A DNA stretch of 64,000 bases. Source: Trichoplax adhaerens (Eukaryota; Animalia; Placozoa). The DNA lies in NCBI RefSeq assembly GCF_000150275.1, contig NW_002060946.1, positions 4,669,454-4,733,453 on the forward strand. The letters run 5' to 3'. A model generated the notes under the pieces. That model was not told where the DNA came from. It did no database searches and saw only the letters and a list, made by a program, of their open reading frames with translations. Position numbers and translations under genes: made by a program. Every line of letters begins with the position of its first letter. Position 1 is the stretch's first letter. This document shows positions 27,794 to 42,500 of the stretch, piece by piece.

Positions 27794-30700
27794 CTCAATA
27801 TTACAATACCAGAAATATTTGAATGGCGAAAAAATCTTTACCTTATTGCCCTTCTTCTCATACATCATCCTCTATTTGATCGTTATTTTACCTTCGGTAC
27901 CATAATTAAACATGATGAGAACAAACAATTAATTGTCTACCGGCAAAGTAAATCCGTTCCCTCGACTGTCCAGTATAATAGAGTTAGTGGAAATAACCAT
28001 TGCATCGATCATAAATTGACTTAGCCTAACAGTTAAATAATGATAATATGGCTTAACTAATGTTATAATTTAGATTGGTTTGCATTTTGTGGCTATAAAG
28101 CAAAATTTAGATACTATTGGATGTTGCAATTTTATATTAATTAATTTTCATTTTTCATTAACGGTATTCCAATTTCATTTTGCATAATTAACATCAGTAG
28201 GATAAAAGGTATTATACGGAGGATTGTAGAAAATATAAATTTTACAATGCGTTGTCATGATTAAATGATTGGAATCTATTTTTAAGATGTTGACAACGTT
28301 GATTTTAAATCAGGTCTCCGCCTATGATAGGGTTAATTTTAATATGATATGTTCACGTCAAGGTATTTATTGCTGATACAATAACTTAACTTAATATTAA
28401 TTATCGAGATTTAGGCATAGTTCCTTATATAGTGTAATTAACTTAAATTACTTATTTTTACTTATATATTACTTCATAAAGTAGACACTACATAATATTT
28501 TCCTTCGTATAACATATTGTGATGGAGGGTTCAATATCTCGGAGGATTGAGATTTAGTTGCCATTTACAATTAGTACACTAAAAGTTGTATAAAAGTTAT
28601 ACTTTATTTAAGTAGTAAAGTAAGTACAGTGAGGTAGTTACGACATACCGGCATGCAAGCTGTCGTGAGTAACGTGTGAAGGAAGACTAACCAGAAACTA
28701 ACGATTTCTGAGGTGGAAAACGGTGGTATTTATAGTTTAAAGACAGAGCACATGTAGAGAATAGGATTGTAGAATTAGATACAACATATACCATAACAGG
28801 TTACAACATATCTGATGATTGTATCAGCAGCGAGCACTGTAATAACTAAATACAGTAGCCTATATATGAATGTGAAGTAAGCGGACTGTAGATATATCTA
28901 AATATAAGAGCAAAGCAACATGTCTATATTTAAGAGTAGAATATAGTTACAGTATATTCTAAATGCACTACACATATTCACCAAAAATATTATTTGAGTC
29001 ATAGAAATTAGCGATAAGCATTGTAGATCTATTTGTTTATCCAGTTCATTTAGTTAGGAAAAATAGATGTCACCAACGAATAATAGGATAAAATATTAAT
29101 CCAAAGCCGATACATTATCAACGAGTAGCAAGGTCAAAGTACCTAGAACTCTCCGATTTCCCTTGCCTCATTATCTTAGCCTTCTCAGGCCTTGTATACT
29201 GTCCATTATATGAAATAATATAAAGTAAAAATAACTAAATTTAAGTCAATTACACTATGTAAGAAACCATACGTAAGTATTAATAATTGTTACTAACGTA
29301 GGTTATTGAATCAGCAATAAATACTATAACTCGGATATTACATAATCTATCGATGCGATCCGAGGAACGATGACAAGTACGATGCCCAAGAAATTAAGGG
29401 TAAGCATGCTTAGCTGATTGCGTAATCTTTAATTAATGCTTAAAACGTTCCTCTTAAGTTAAATTTCAGTCAATTCAATGGTCTTTGAGAGTGTCGGTCA
29501 ATGCAATTATAAGGGCAAAATTTCAATACACATTGTAATTCACTTGGTTATCGCAAATCGATTATTGCCTTGAATTTTGAACATTGGCTATACCTTTGAA
29601 TCGATAAAAAGGAGTTTTACTACTGCTAAAGATTGGTTGTTATTGTTTATAAAATTTTAATGTTACTATTTACAACAATTTGCAGAATTTTCGATTAATA
29701 GGTAGTGTTGATATTCTATTTGGCAAGATAAAATGTATTGATCAACTTAGCGACAGTTAATCAAATTATCATTTATAAAGTAGAACATCTTTACGTCATG
29801 TGATATTTTTACTTAGAGTAAATAAGTGTGAATATAGAAATGAGATTTTAACATTGTGATCTAGTAGAATTTGTAATGAAAAGAGGTTTGTAGCCAAGTA
29901 ATTAAGCTTGAAATGCTCCTTATATTTAAGTGATATTTTTATTTTGAAATTAATAGTTTGTTCAAATCGATCACTACCAACTTGTAGCGATACCTATATG
30001 CTATGATGTGAAATTAAAGTAAATCATTCAAATCGATGGTGATGTAGAATAAGGAAGATACATCGATAATTATAATAAGTATCATAGCCATCAAAAGTAT
30101 CCATTTTATTAGTTAAAGAAATGAGTATAGAGAAAGCAGGAAGCCAGAGTTGATATTCTCATATAATTTAGTATGCTAGTTGGTAACCTTAATACTAATG
30201 TATAAAGGTAGAAAAATACAAGCTAAAATGTTATAACTTATTTAATTTATGGATGCTAATAACAATAGCTGTACAGCAGTTATCAGCCAAACTATATTTT
30301 CCCTTGATTTCTTTTTATAACATTAATTAGTTAGATACTGGTATAAAAAAATAAAGGGAGTTGACTATAAACTGTTGTTACAATTAGCATTGGACATTTA
30401 GACTCTTATTATCTTCAATTCACCGTAAGACAAAGATGGCAATATATTAAATCTCTTATTAGTAATGATTGACATAAAAAATAACTGTTTAGAATATCTA
30501 ACCTATATTTATATGGGTACTAGTACTCAAGAACGAGTAGTACTGTATAATAGAATAAATACCAACATTGAAATAAACATCCACGTCAATTATGCTGTCG
30601 CATTTTAAAAATTTATAACTTCATAAACATGCCCATTACAGCAAAACCCAATAGGCAAATGATAATCTTGACTTAGGGCTGGTAAATTGATAGATGAAAT

Positions 30701-30871
30701 GTAAACAAGATGATTGCAAAAGTGGTGGGGTTAGAACTATTAATAATTCCGTAATTGATACAATGTATTAAAAAGTAGGCTAGATATTTGTACGAAGTCT
30801 ATCTTGCATTAGTTCATGATTTTAGTATATTATCTACCTAATAGTAAGAAATATCAACATTGTACAATGTT

Positions 30872-31155
30872 GGTAACATAGCCTTTAATAATTAAAAATT
30901 AAAAATTAAATCGTAAATAACATGACTGATTAGAATATAGTTTAGACATATCTATAATTACATACGCGTGTATTATGCGGTCAATTACAGGAAAAAATAT
31001 ATCAACGTAGTGCCGGTAATATAACCTTTAATAATTAAAAATTAAAAATTAAAATGGCAAACGGCACGATTAATTAGAATGCAGTTTAGATATATCAATG
31101 AATACATATGCGTATATTATGCGGTCAATCATTGAAGAAAAATATATCAACGTAA
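30872..31155. repeat. Diverged two-copy tandem duplication, period ~144 bp
   Basis: cctttaataattaaaaattaaaaattaaa...tattatgcggtcaat...aaaaatatatcaacgta at 30882 and 31026. Confidence 0.9.
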
Positions 31156-31453
31156 TATTGGGTCATCACGATCTGCAAATTTGTCTAGATAACAAACAAT
31201 AAAAATAATACACCAATCATGCAAGGTAACAGAAAATTTAATACGACATAATAGAATTTATTTCTGGCTAAATCAAACATAAAACCAGACGTGATTACAT
31301 AATATATCAATTGGAAAGACAGCTGCATGAAATTAGGTTAAATCAGTTTAAGAGCTTACGATTCGATGTGTTACATTGAACAATACATTAGTTATAATAA
31401 TAGATATAGATAGTCCCAAACTATAATATTATCACTGATTAAGTTGTACTGTA

Positions 31454-31945
31454 TACTAGATATAGCTAATACTATATCTCCTTTCAAATTAATATAAAAT
31501 TTTATTGGAATACCCTGCTTATAATTTAGTACTAGCCACGATAGTGGCAGCTTGCAAGTAAATAGCATGATTAATGGGGATTGTAAGTCAGACGTGCTGA
31601 CATTTTATACCGATGATATAGGTAGGATAGCACCTAATATTATTTTACTCACTATGAAACTTCCCACTCAAAAATCCAACTATAGACCTATACTGATAGC
31701 TGTAGGCTAGATAGATGATGGATGATAGTTATAGATGGTTTCAAACTATATTTAACATCACCAATAAAGTTACATACTAGATATAGCTAATATTCTTTCA
31801 AAATTAATATAAAATTTTATTTAAATCCTTTATAAAGATATCCTTATAATAATGTACTAGCCAAGATAGTGATGTTTACAAGCGAACAGCATAATTGATG
31901 AAGATCGTAAGTAAGACATACTGGTATGTATATCGGTGATACATT
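31454..31945. repeat. Diverged ~170-bp direct repeat, copies ~320 bp apart
   Basis: atactagatatagctaata...aattaatataaaattttatt...gtactagcca.gatagtg...gtaagt.agac at ~31454 and ~31774. Confidence 0.85.
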
Positions 31946-33554
31946 GAAGGCAAAATAATATGATTCAATGATAACTAGATCTACATTAGGAACAAGTTCA
32001 TTCATGATCTACTAAATCATCTAGTATCGTAATATAGCTATAAAAATAATCTCATTACAAATGGCAGTTAACGTCCATTTCTTGTCGTTGGATCGAGAAT
32101 AAAGATGAAAGTAGAACAAACTAATAGATACGTTACTCTTTATTAGTCTTTCCTTAAGCCTAGAATAATGGTCATTATTGTTAACCAGCATCAGGATTCA
32201 TGCTGATTTTTTATACCACCTTTTCATTATTCCCATTCTATCGACTAAATAAGATGCTAGCCTATCGTCGCAAGTTGGTAATGAATGCTAGCCCTCTTAA
32301 GTTTCGCAATAACGATAATGATGAAAAACCCTATGTTGAAATAAAGCAGATAATAATATCTACAAATAAATGCCTTCTTATTTCGTCAACCCTAACTTAG
32401 CTCTAGTAAGTTATTGCTTCCATAGAATGATGATTTTATTACGTCTTACTATTGTTATTTTGCCAAATATATCAAATTACCCTAGATGATGATGAATTAG
32501 TACTATCCCCTATGAATTCTACAACGAGCTATGACAATCGATTAACTAAAATCTCTTTTATTGCCAGTTCATCCAACTGTAACATTAGCCATGATAGCAA
32601 TGGAACACCAACTTAACTGGCAACGTTATTCTATGATTTTATTAATGATGATTCTATTCCTTCTTATCAATAAGCATTTATTTCTGAACAAGGTAACCTG
32701 GGGTGGTAATGAATTGAGATTATATTTTCCCTTGATTCATCTAACTAACTGTGGCGATAATAGATATTGTCATATTACAATATCTTGATGACGATTGTAT
32801 TTCTTCTTTTGACTATCTTCTTTTTTATTTGTTATTTTTTCTGATAATAAGATTACCCGTCGTCATTTATTGATCAGAATAAAATGCAAAGAAAGAAAGA
32901 AAGTAGGCTTGGACAACTCCTTTTAGTCCATCTCTCGTTCTGTCTACCAGGAAAAAACTATCTAGCGACGTAATTGTTATGGTAAACAGGCCAAGCATAA
33001 CATTGTGACTGTTATTATTAGCCAATTCTAGTGGCGTGTTACTAAGCTTAATTAGCCGTATAGTATTGTATACATAAAAGTAGATAGTATAAATGCGTAA
33101 ATTTACAATAGCTAAAGTATGTTATAGCTTGATTACATACAGGCAATAATCTATCTGTCGTTCTAACCAGTTACATTGCTTTTATGCTGTTTGGTGGGAG
33201 AGAAAAAATTTATTTAATCGTTTATCCCGTGTTTTCTTACTAACTTATTCTACCATATTATTTTCATCACTCTATCTAATAAACTCATCGAGCGCATTAG
33301 TAAGACATTTTTGTTCATTCCAAGTTAGATTCAGTTATTGCTACGGTAATTTTAGGTAATCACGATACTATAGTCTAATCGAAACCCTTGCTGTTAAGAA
33401 GAAGGGAAAAATATTGGAATCGATCAATTCTTTCTTCTCTGCTTATCTAATCGTTTTCTCGAACTTCGACCAATTTTGGCATTTTCGTTGCTCTTGAATA
33501 TTTCTCCTTTTCCTTTATTTCATTGGATTCCTTTTTGGCCTAAAGAATTTCAAT

Positions 33555-36500
33555 ATGGGTTGTGGCAGCAGCACTGTCGATCAGAAAGCTGTGATAGCAA
33601 ATAATCAAATTGAAAAAGATATTCGTGAACAAGAATTACAAGCCAAAAAGATCATCAAGTTATTATTACTAGGTTAGTCATACCATTTTCACTCTATTTT
33701 AATAATATTGAATAAATAAAGAAGTTTATTAATTCGCTAATGGTGACAAGAATATCATGAATTACAAATTTCATTTCGCCATCTTTAATTACACCTTGAT
33801 TGTACGAATAGAATACTAGTAGAGGCAACAAAGACATGTTACACAATTGTCGAACTAATATGTATTAATCATTGAAAGTTGACGACTATTTTCTATTCCG
33901 TCTATATTTTAAAATAAATTTGCTGTCTAAGGATTACGTTAAGTATCACTTTAGGCAAGTCTGAAGTCTGCTTAATGATTTTGCAATCCTTAAAATAGTT
34001 GAAATACCAATCAAAAATGATCACATAACAAGCAGATTGGTTCTGATAGTATAGTATAGCGTTACAACTGATCGTCTAACCATGACATATGAATTTTTTT
34101 AATTTTACGTGGCTTTACGATTTTGTAATATTTTTACACCTTTTCTCCTTGAAATGATGTATTCAGAATGAAAATATATTGATAATAGCATCCGAATCAT
34201 TGTATTTGCCATAGTTTCTAAATTTATTCTTATCAAGGCAGGGGAAGCTCAGTATTTCAATCTTATAGCCAAAATTGTTTTTCGTAACAAAATATACATA
34301 ACCATCTTACATTGACGCTATTGTACTGGAAACTAGGTAGAAAGGGGCAGAATATCGGCAGGCTTATAAGTTTGACTTTATTACGAACACATTGCAAAAA
34401 ATAAAATTTGCTTTAAATGAGATTTTTTCTCATCTTATTTTAATAGCTATCATCCGTTTCGTTAATCTTGTTTTTTCTTCGACTATACAATGATACAAAC
34501 AAGAAACGAATTTGAATAAAATTGATGCAAGTATCAAGAGTTATTATGATCTAAACTAGTTGATAGAACACAAATCATCTGATAATTCTAATAGATTGAT
34601 CAGGATAAAAGAGAGAAAAAATGGTATTAATACACTACCTTGTATTACCTACCTCCTAATTACTATTACTCCAATTCATTAGTCTTATTTTTTCTTCATC
34701 TATTCAACCTTGCTAAACAAGAAGTAGATTTGATTAAAAGAGGTATAAGAATCAAAATTTATAATGAACAAACTGCCTGATAGAACTTTGATACATATGT
34801 GTGGCTTAAAACGAGTTCAAAACAACATAAAATCATGATATTCTTAAACCATCTAGCACCCATAAGAATATGAATTTTGATTTTCCTACTGTCTAGGATA
34901 TAAATTGATCGATATATTTAATTAAAATACCATATTGATTTTTATGGTCAATTTTAGAATTCTAGATGGAATATGTTAGCATGTTACACTAATTGTCGTC
35001 AAGGGAAAATATCACATAAAGCTCCAGCAGTGAAATATATCTTTTATCAAATCCGACATGTTTTCATGGAATTCATAAGCTTTCCTTGCTACTTCTGTGG
35101 CTTACGTTGGAGTCAAATGAGTTAATGCTATTCCAGGGTAACATCTAATATTAATTCTAACACTGTATTAGGATCGCTGTGATCGCAGCATTAATGTAGT
35201 TGATCAGCTTGACTAGCATAATTAGTGAAAAGGTATACAATAGACCGAAATGAAATGAGAGATAGGATTTTTAAGTAGGAATTTTAATTCCCGCTCTTTT
35301 ATCCCATAAAATTAATCCTATCATTTTTCCTATTATCACAGTAGACTAGCTTTGAGCCAGCTAAATGAGAAATAGGAATAGAGGATGGCTTACGATTGTT
35401 AATATAGAACTAATTATGGGAAATTGACTAAGGTCTACCAAACCATCACCCTGACTTACTGTTTTAGCCTTAATACTGCCTCCAGGACAATCTAACAAAC
35501 TGTATTTAACCTAATAGGCTAACTGGATATTTCTTTTTCTAATGTTGATTCAATTGCAATTATTAATGAGAGAAGAGAAAGATTGCTAGAAGTTATTTGC
35601 TTTTACAGTAATTTTCTTTATACCCTGATTCTATTTATCTAACGAACTTATTCTAAATGATTAGAGCTATGGCTCAAGAAAAATTTATATTTATTAGATT
35701 AGCACTTTAGCCCCTACTTAATATTGTCATCATCTGCACTTCTGTTCTCAATATACATGCTATTGATATTCGATATGTTGGATATAAGTTATAATGCTAT
35801 CCATCTCATTAACTATCGTTACAATTGAACATGAAGACCAAAAAGTGTCGTGGCGGATGTTATGGCGAGTTATTACCTTTAAAAATCACTTACTCATCAT
35901 CTTTAGTTCTATTCAAAAGTTCTGCTATTTATAATAAATACATCAGGTACGGGCAATGCTAATTAGTTTTTTTATTATTCAATTTGCTATCCTCTTCGTT
36001 ATAATATATCGGATGGCGATTATTTATTTTAATGCTTGATATTTAAGCAGTGTATTTATTGGAAAACATCAACAATTTAGATAAGTAATATTTAGAGCAG
36101 TTAGGTAAAAGTTGGGAAAAATTAGTGTGCATTGGGCGACGATTACTTAATCACGGAATGCTTCCAATCATTATGCTCTTAATTTAACAATTCAGTCTTT
36201 TTTAATCGCTAAGGTCAAGGTAATAACCGTTTATTAATTAATATAGCTATCAGTAGAAGATTTCACAATGAACCTCAGTGGTAGACGAAATATAAATAAT
36301 TACAGAAAATGAACATGTCATAGCTATAGTTATATAACTATATTCGCAAAGGTCAACTATTCGGTGGCTATTGTTTTCTGTATCAGTTTGAAGTCAAAAT
36401 AGTAAAAAAACGGTAGAATAATAACTTCAAATATAGAAATCGAAAATACTTATTTGAATCTAGCTAAGCTCTTATGACTTTATTCGAGATATTATCCTCC

Positions 36501-39500
36501 TTTCCAATTAAAAGAGCCGTACCCAATGCTCGTACAATCGATCATGGTATTATGATGCTTATTCTAGATGGTCATATGATATTCAAATTTTTGCTATTAA
36601 GGCTTGAAATAGATAAAAAAAATTACCGGTATTAGCCATAATATAAATATAGAAGAGATGATAGCATTAGCAAACGTGCATGTTAATAGGTAAAAATAAA
36701 TACAGATAGCATAATAGATGAATTGATTATTTAAGAATATAAATATATCATTTTATAAGGGATTATCTAGACTTTCTTGTCTATTAAATCATTTATTGGA
36801 ATCTCACAATTTGGATGATAATTGGATAATGGCAAAATCGGCCAGAAATCTAACTTTTTAGTACAGTTTGAAATTCAAGTCGTACTTCAGAACCATAAAT
36901 AATCATAATCTGCACTGTCTTAAAAGGAATCTGGATCCATCTTATCGTGTTTATTATTATAAAAATTCACATTGTTGTGATACAAATACCGTTACTAAAT
37001 GGATCACATCGATAGTAGTAAGATTGGAGCTGCTTAGACGGAATTTATTCTGTTACCATCTTTAGTGCTCAAGAGGTAGTCCTGTGGTTCGTCATCGATT
37101 TAGCCTTCACAGAAATGATGTAGGTTAGATTGGCTTTCTTATGGAATAGCATAGACATGGCTGTCGAATAGGTTTATTCACGCCCTCTTATAGTAAATAC
37201 ATACTCTTGTAGCCAATAATCAATGTTTAACTGTATCATTAAATAGCATAAGATGACATCAGACATTGATTCTCTTTTTAGAAATATCTGATGCGTGAAC
37301 ATGCAATAATTTAATGACACACTGTATTAATCTATTATATCTAAAATATTGATCAATACAGACGCATCTTAAATACCAATTGTAAATAATTTAGCAGCGA
37401 TTTTACTCATGTTCGTTAGCCTAGCTTTAAAGTGATGACTATTGCTATGATTGTATGTACTAGAAATGTAGACGATCATTTCGTGTAGAAAATACCTTAG
37501 ACATTACATATTACGAGTACTTAGCCATTTTATAATATTATGGCTAGGGGAAGATACGCTATAAGTTTATTTCCATTCTCTATCACTTTATGCCAATCAA
37601 ATTTAAGTTATAGTTTTTCTAGAGCAAATGTGAAATATCAATTTTTATAGAAACAGAAATAAAGAAGAAATGTCTATTCAAAATGATTTAGATTATTTTA
37701 ACACAACTAACTATTACCTAGAAACATGGCGTAATTATCTATTATTTAATACAAAAATGTTCATAAGATAACAAATTTCAGAAATATCTTTCCGTTTTAG
37801 TATGAAATGTGATGAATTTACAATCAATAAATTTCAGCTTCATCGTTGTACAAAATATTTATCTATTTTACTAGATTGAAGTGGGATTAAGCCATAAGTA
37901 AAGCGAATAAATCTTTCAATTCGGTTTTGAAGAGAACAGACCTTTTGAGTTTGAAATGCTTATACATTAAAGAAATGAAGATAAAAGTAAAGAGTTTTAA
38001 GTAACATCCCAAACTTAAGTGCTTGGGTTGATGGTTAAGACCGCCATCACGGGAATATTTTACTTTTTCTCGATTTAGCTTAATGGGATAGAAATTAACT
38101 ATTAAGAGAAATAAAGTGTACAAACTCCCTTTATATCATTAACCCATTACTGACTATCTAATCATCTACAGAAAACCGAAAATGGCTTAAAATGCATAGC
38201 TTATCTTGATAATATAAGCCTTATCTTTTAGTAAATACGTAGCAAGGCCCCACTTGATAATAAAATGTTACTTGAACTAAGCATATTGACTGGATTTATA
38301 TCGTTGATATGACATGGAGAATATTACAGTAGTAGCATTTTCCTTGAATTTGAAATAAAATCATTTGTTTTATCCCTTCAGTAGCTTATTTTCATCTATT
38401 TAACTCGCATAAAACATGCGGCTGAAATGATAAGAAATTATGAAATAATGTTCCTATGCAATATGTGTCCACAAGCTATATAGTAAACGAAAATTTCTAT
38501 CCGCAAGATATAGATATTTTTCTTAAAAGCTAGTAATTTTACACAATAAACCTTAAATACCTTATTTTAAAAGTGTTTTGCAGGTATTTTTATTCTAAAT
38601 CTTTGTTGGCATATTATCGTAATTCCAGCCTATAGTTAGGTTTCTACTTCACTTTCTATAGTGAGTAACTATAATAACCCGATTTTCAATAAAAAAAATC
38701 GGAAGAAAGTGAAATTATTATATAATTAAGCTGTTATATTATTATGTAAGTAACAATTGACATATATAGGTGCCTTTATTGCTTCAATTTCATGCAAAAC
38801 AACGTAAAAGGTCATTTGACTTTTATGATTGGCCAAATATCACAATAGAAATTACCGAATTTAAGATACTTTGAGATACTTTTGTGCATAAATGAAAAGT
38901 CATTCTATAACACAGATAAAATCGTAATACCTCTAATGTTTAGGAATAAATAGATATCAACTTTTATTAATCAAATCTTTATCAAATACAGCATATATTA
39001 GTAAATAAGTTTAATTAACATCGACACCAAATTTCAACTGAATTCATAAATCCATTAACTATCACGATTTATAGAAAATCTAATTCATGACCGGATTCTA
39101 TGTATTGCTCATAGCATGTTACATGTAATATCAAATAGGATATAGTTAGAAGAGAATTATTAAAACGATGAAAATCGAAAAGTTGAATTAGTGCTAAGGT
39201 AAGCAAAGTGTAATCGATAAAAGTATCGAAGTAGCGTTAATTAATGAAAATTAGTTATTCGATTACCAACCGTTGTATTAGATTTGTAACGATAAAGTAT
39301 ATAAAGGATAATTTAATATTTTATTAATTAGCTAACATATCAGCTGAAGCTACTGAACATCCTTAGTGATCTTATCCACAACTAATAAAACTAAATGAAA
39401 GGGTCACAAAGTGAATGAATGTATGAAATGATTACTCTGGTAATATCTACAAAGTGAGGCAGATATTTTTGTCATTACTATTGGAACTACCGTAGAATGA

Positions 39501-42500
39501 GATCATTTAAAATTTACATCTAAGGGAAAGCCATTAATAATTTTATCTTGAGTGTAGAAATTGACTGCTAATAGCTCCATCTTGAGCAAAATAAACATGC
39601 TCATATGAATTTTTGCAGCTTCTTTTGCAATTAAAATCTATTCTATCTTAATTAAAGTACTTTAACTTTAAAATATTTTATTTATAGATTGATAGCGTCT
39701 AACAGAAGTATGTTACTTTCGAATAGTACTAAAGCTATTCTTGTAAGTTGAAAATGCAATCGGTAGTATAACATCGAATTTATCATCTATTATAACGTAA
39801 TAGACGATTAATTTAAATGAAGTATTGATTATTTTCAAAATTGATCAGTATTGATGATCCCTACAGTTGCATTTATAAGTTATCTTTTTTTAATTTATTA
39901 ATATGAAGAAATAAATTTTAGATGCCACTGAAAGATATAGATGAATTATATAATTATCTTTCAGCTTCCAAACTATCCTAAATTTACTATATATCCAACA
40001 TTGACTGATTGCAATTTATAATTAATAAGTTGACCTATTAAGGAATAGTAGATAAAATAAAATACGTGCATATAAAAATGATTTAATCGCGGTTTAGGTT
40101 CTAAGGTTCTACATTCTGTAGTAGTATGATCTAATAGTTTAGGCCAATAGTCTAAAAGAAGGAAAATCGAAATCAATAATAATAGGGATAATAGTTGTAA
40201 GCTACTTGTCAGTATCTCCAGATACTGTAATTAGCTGAGCATTTCTCGCTAACTTAATCATTTCCAAAGTAGAAATCCTAAGATACAGATCACGTTGATA
40301 TCAAAATTTCAAGTAGCAAATTCTTATGTTTAGTTTCTATTTATGATATCATTTTTCGTCAATTTAGTTAATTCTAAGTTAATGAGGAGGTGCTCGAATA
40401 AGCTTTATAGTGATCAAAACAACTTAACACTAGATCATAGCTTAAAATGCGGAAATGTTTAAAAAGTATTTTATCCTGGTTTAATAGATTATGTTATTGA
40501 ATAGACGTGTATCCAGTAAGTTAATAGAACAATATTCTAAAGGAATTCGTCGAATAGAGACTCATTTTTATTAGTAGGTTTGCTATGCAAGGAAATAATA
40601 TCAATGTCGCTCCTTATTGATAGCTTAAGGCAATAATTATAACTTTTTAAAATGTTTATTTGAATTTCTTGACAGCAGCATAGAAGAAAATTTAAATAAA
40701 TAAATAGTAATAAAAAAATTGAGCAGTTATGTCTGATTATCATTTTCGCTAGCTATCTTCACTCTAATTCAGTAATCTACTTATAAATATAGTTTTAATA
40801 AGAGAGGCATTCATCCGGGTTTATGAGATGATTTATTGTAAGGCATTTTGGAGCTATTTTAATTTTTATCACGATCTTTATTTAAATCATGAATTAAATA
40901 TACATTTGTGATATACAGTAAAGTAAAATGGGGAATGACCTCGTTAAAAATCATACAGTATAGCACAATATGCTATTGTATTGGATTTGCTAAAAAATAA
41001 ATATTGATATATTTGGCGTTAGTACAGAAAAAATTGAGTGAAAATGTGTGAAAATTTGTCTTTTAATTAGCCTAGTTGTCAACTCGTTAACCTTATGAAA
41101 AGTATTGAAAAGTAACCAAACTTTCGACTCGAACATCATACTTTTCATAGCAGTGCTACAAAGAAAATGAAGGTTATACCATAAGAATACAACAAAGTTT
41201 GAAATTGAGATCTCAAGTATAGGTGCTGTACCGGTAAAAATAAAGTAGAGAACAATATAGTGGAACTTGATACATGATATGACTAAACCTGAGTCCTTGG
41301 AGACATCGAGAATTAATCGTGCATTAGATGTATTGAATTATCAACTTAGACTAAATGCAGAATTGATACTTTGCTATCCAGCCCTAACCATTATTGGTCA
41401 CATTATATGATGTTCTAGGTTCCTTAATATGCCTGTCCTCCATACGAGATTATATGCCTATGTCGTAACTGATCTATTACCACAGCGACTATTTTTTCAA
41501 GTCTGAGACGATTATGCCTGTAGCCACAGATTATCAGCGATCTATGAATTATTTTTTTTTAAGTTAATTTAATTCTTATCTGTTAGTTAAAGCTTAACAG
41601 ATTGTTGCCAGTAGCCTTATAGTAGATTGATTTTTTTTCAGTGTGTCTATGAAATAATATGCTAATTCTGGTGCGGTATATTTTTATCCGAAGGCATATT
41701 TTATATTGAGATAGATATTATTGACGCTATTCAATGTTTTAAGAGTAAATCTATCCTAAATTGATAATGGCAGCCTAAAAGTTTTTATCCAAGTCTTAAT
41801 ATGGTTCCATAACAGGAATTATTTAAGAAAGAATTACTTGAGGATCCTAGAGCTAATTATTGTAACAAGTGTGTCATAATATTTTATATTGATACATGAT
41901 AATCTATCCAAGAATAGAGTGCATTACTATAAAAGGAATAAAAAATAGCATGAATTAGCTTGAATGGAGCATACCTAGCCGATGAAATGCGTTTTTCAAA
42001 TTTAAAACAAAATAAATCAACTACTATGAAATAGTAGCATACAATTATGATTCGAATTGATAACTAAGGAGAGTAAAGTTGATAGAATATATTACTTCTT
42101 GATTTGGATTAGCTCGTTTAGATAATTTCAGTAGAAAAAGTCAATAAAGAGCTTATATTTGGATTAAATAATAGGACAAGATCCAGTAAAACAAAGCATG
42201 GTCGGTTTCTGGTGTCCACAGCTTACTTTACCAAATCATTTTTACTAACTTAAATTCGTCAAGGTTGAGCACATCAAAATTTAAAGACATCAATTATATA
42301 ATTATCGTTTAATCTGGTAGAGTTTACTTTCTACCGTACTCTTTAAATTCGATGAATTTCGTTAATTTATCCGTACAACTTCACATATTTTTATTTATTT
42401 ATCCAGTGTTCAATTACATTGATTCTGAGTTTATGATCGGGTAAATATTCATATTCACACTGTTCTAATTCAATAGATGATACTGTAATATCTATTCAAT

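Noticed and set aside
38005-38058. Two adjacent small hairpins in the G-alpha intron
   Set aside because: 5-6-bp stems are expected by chance; no family motif.
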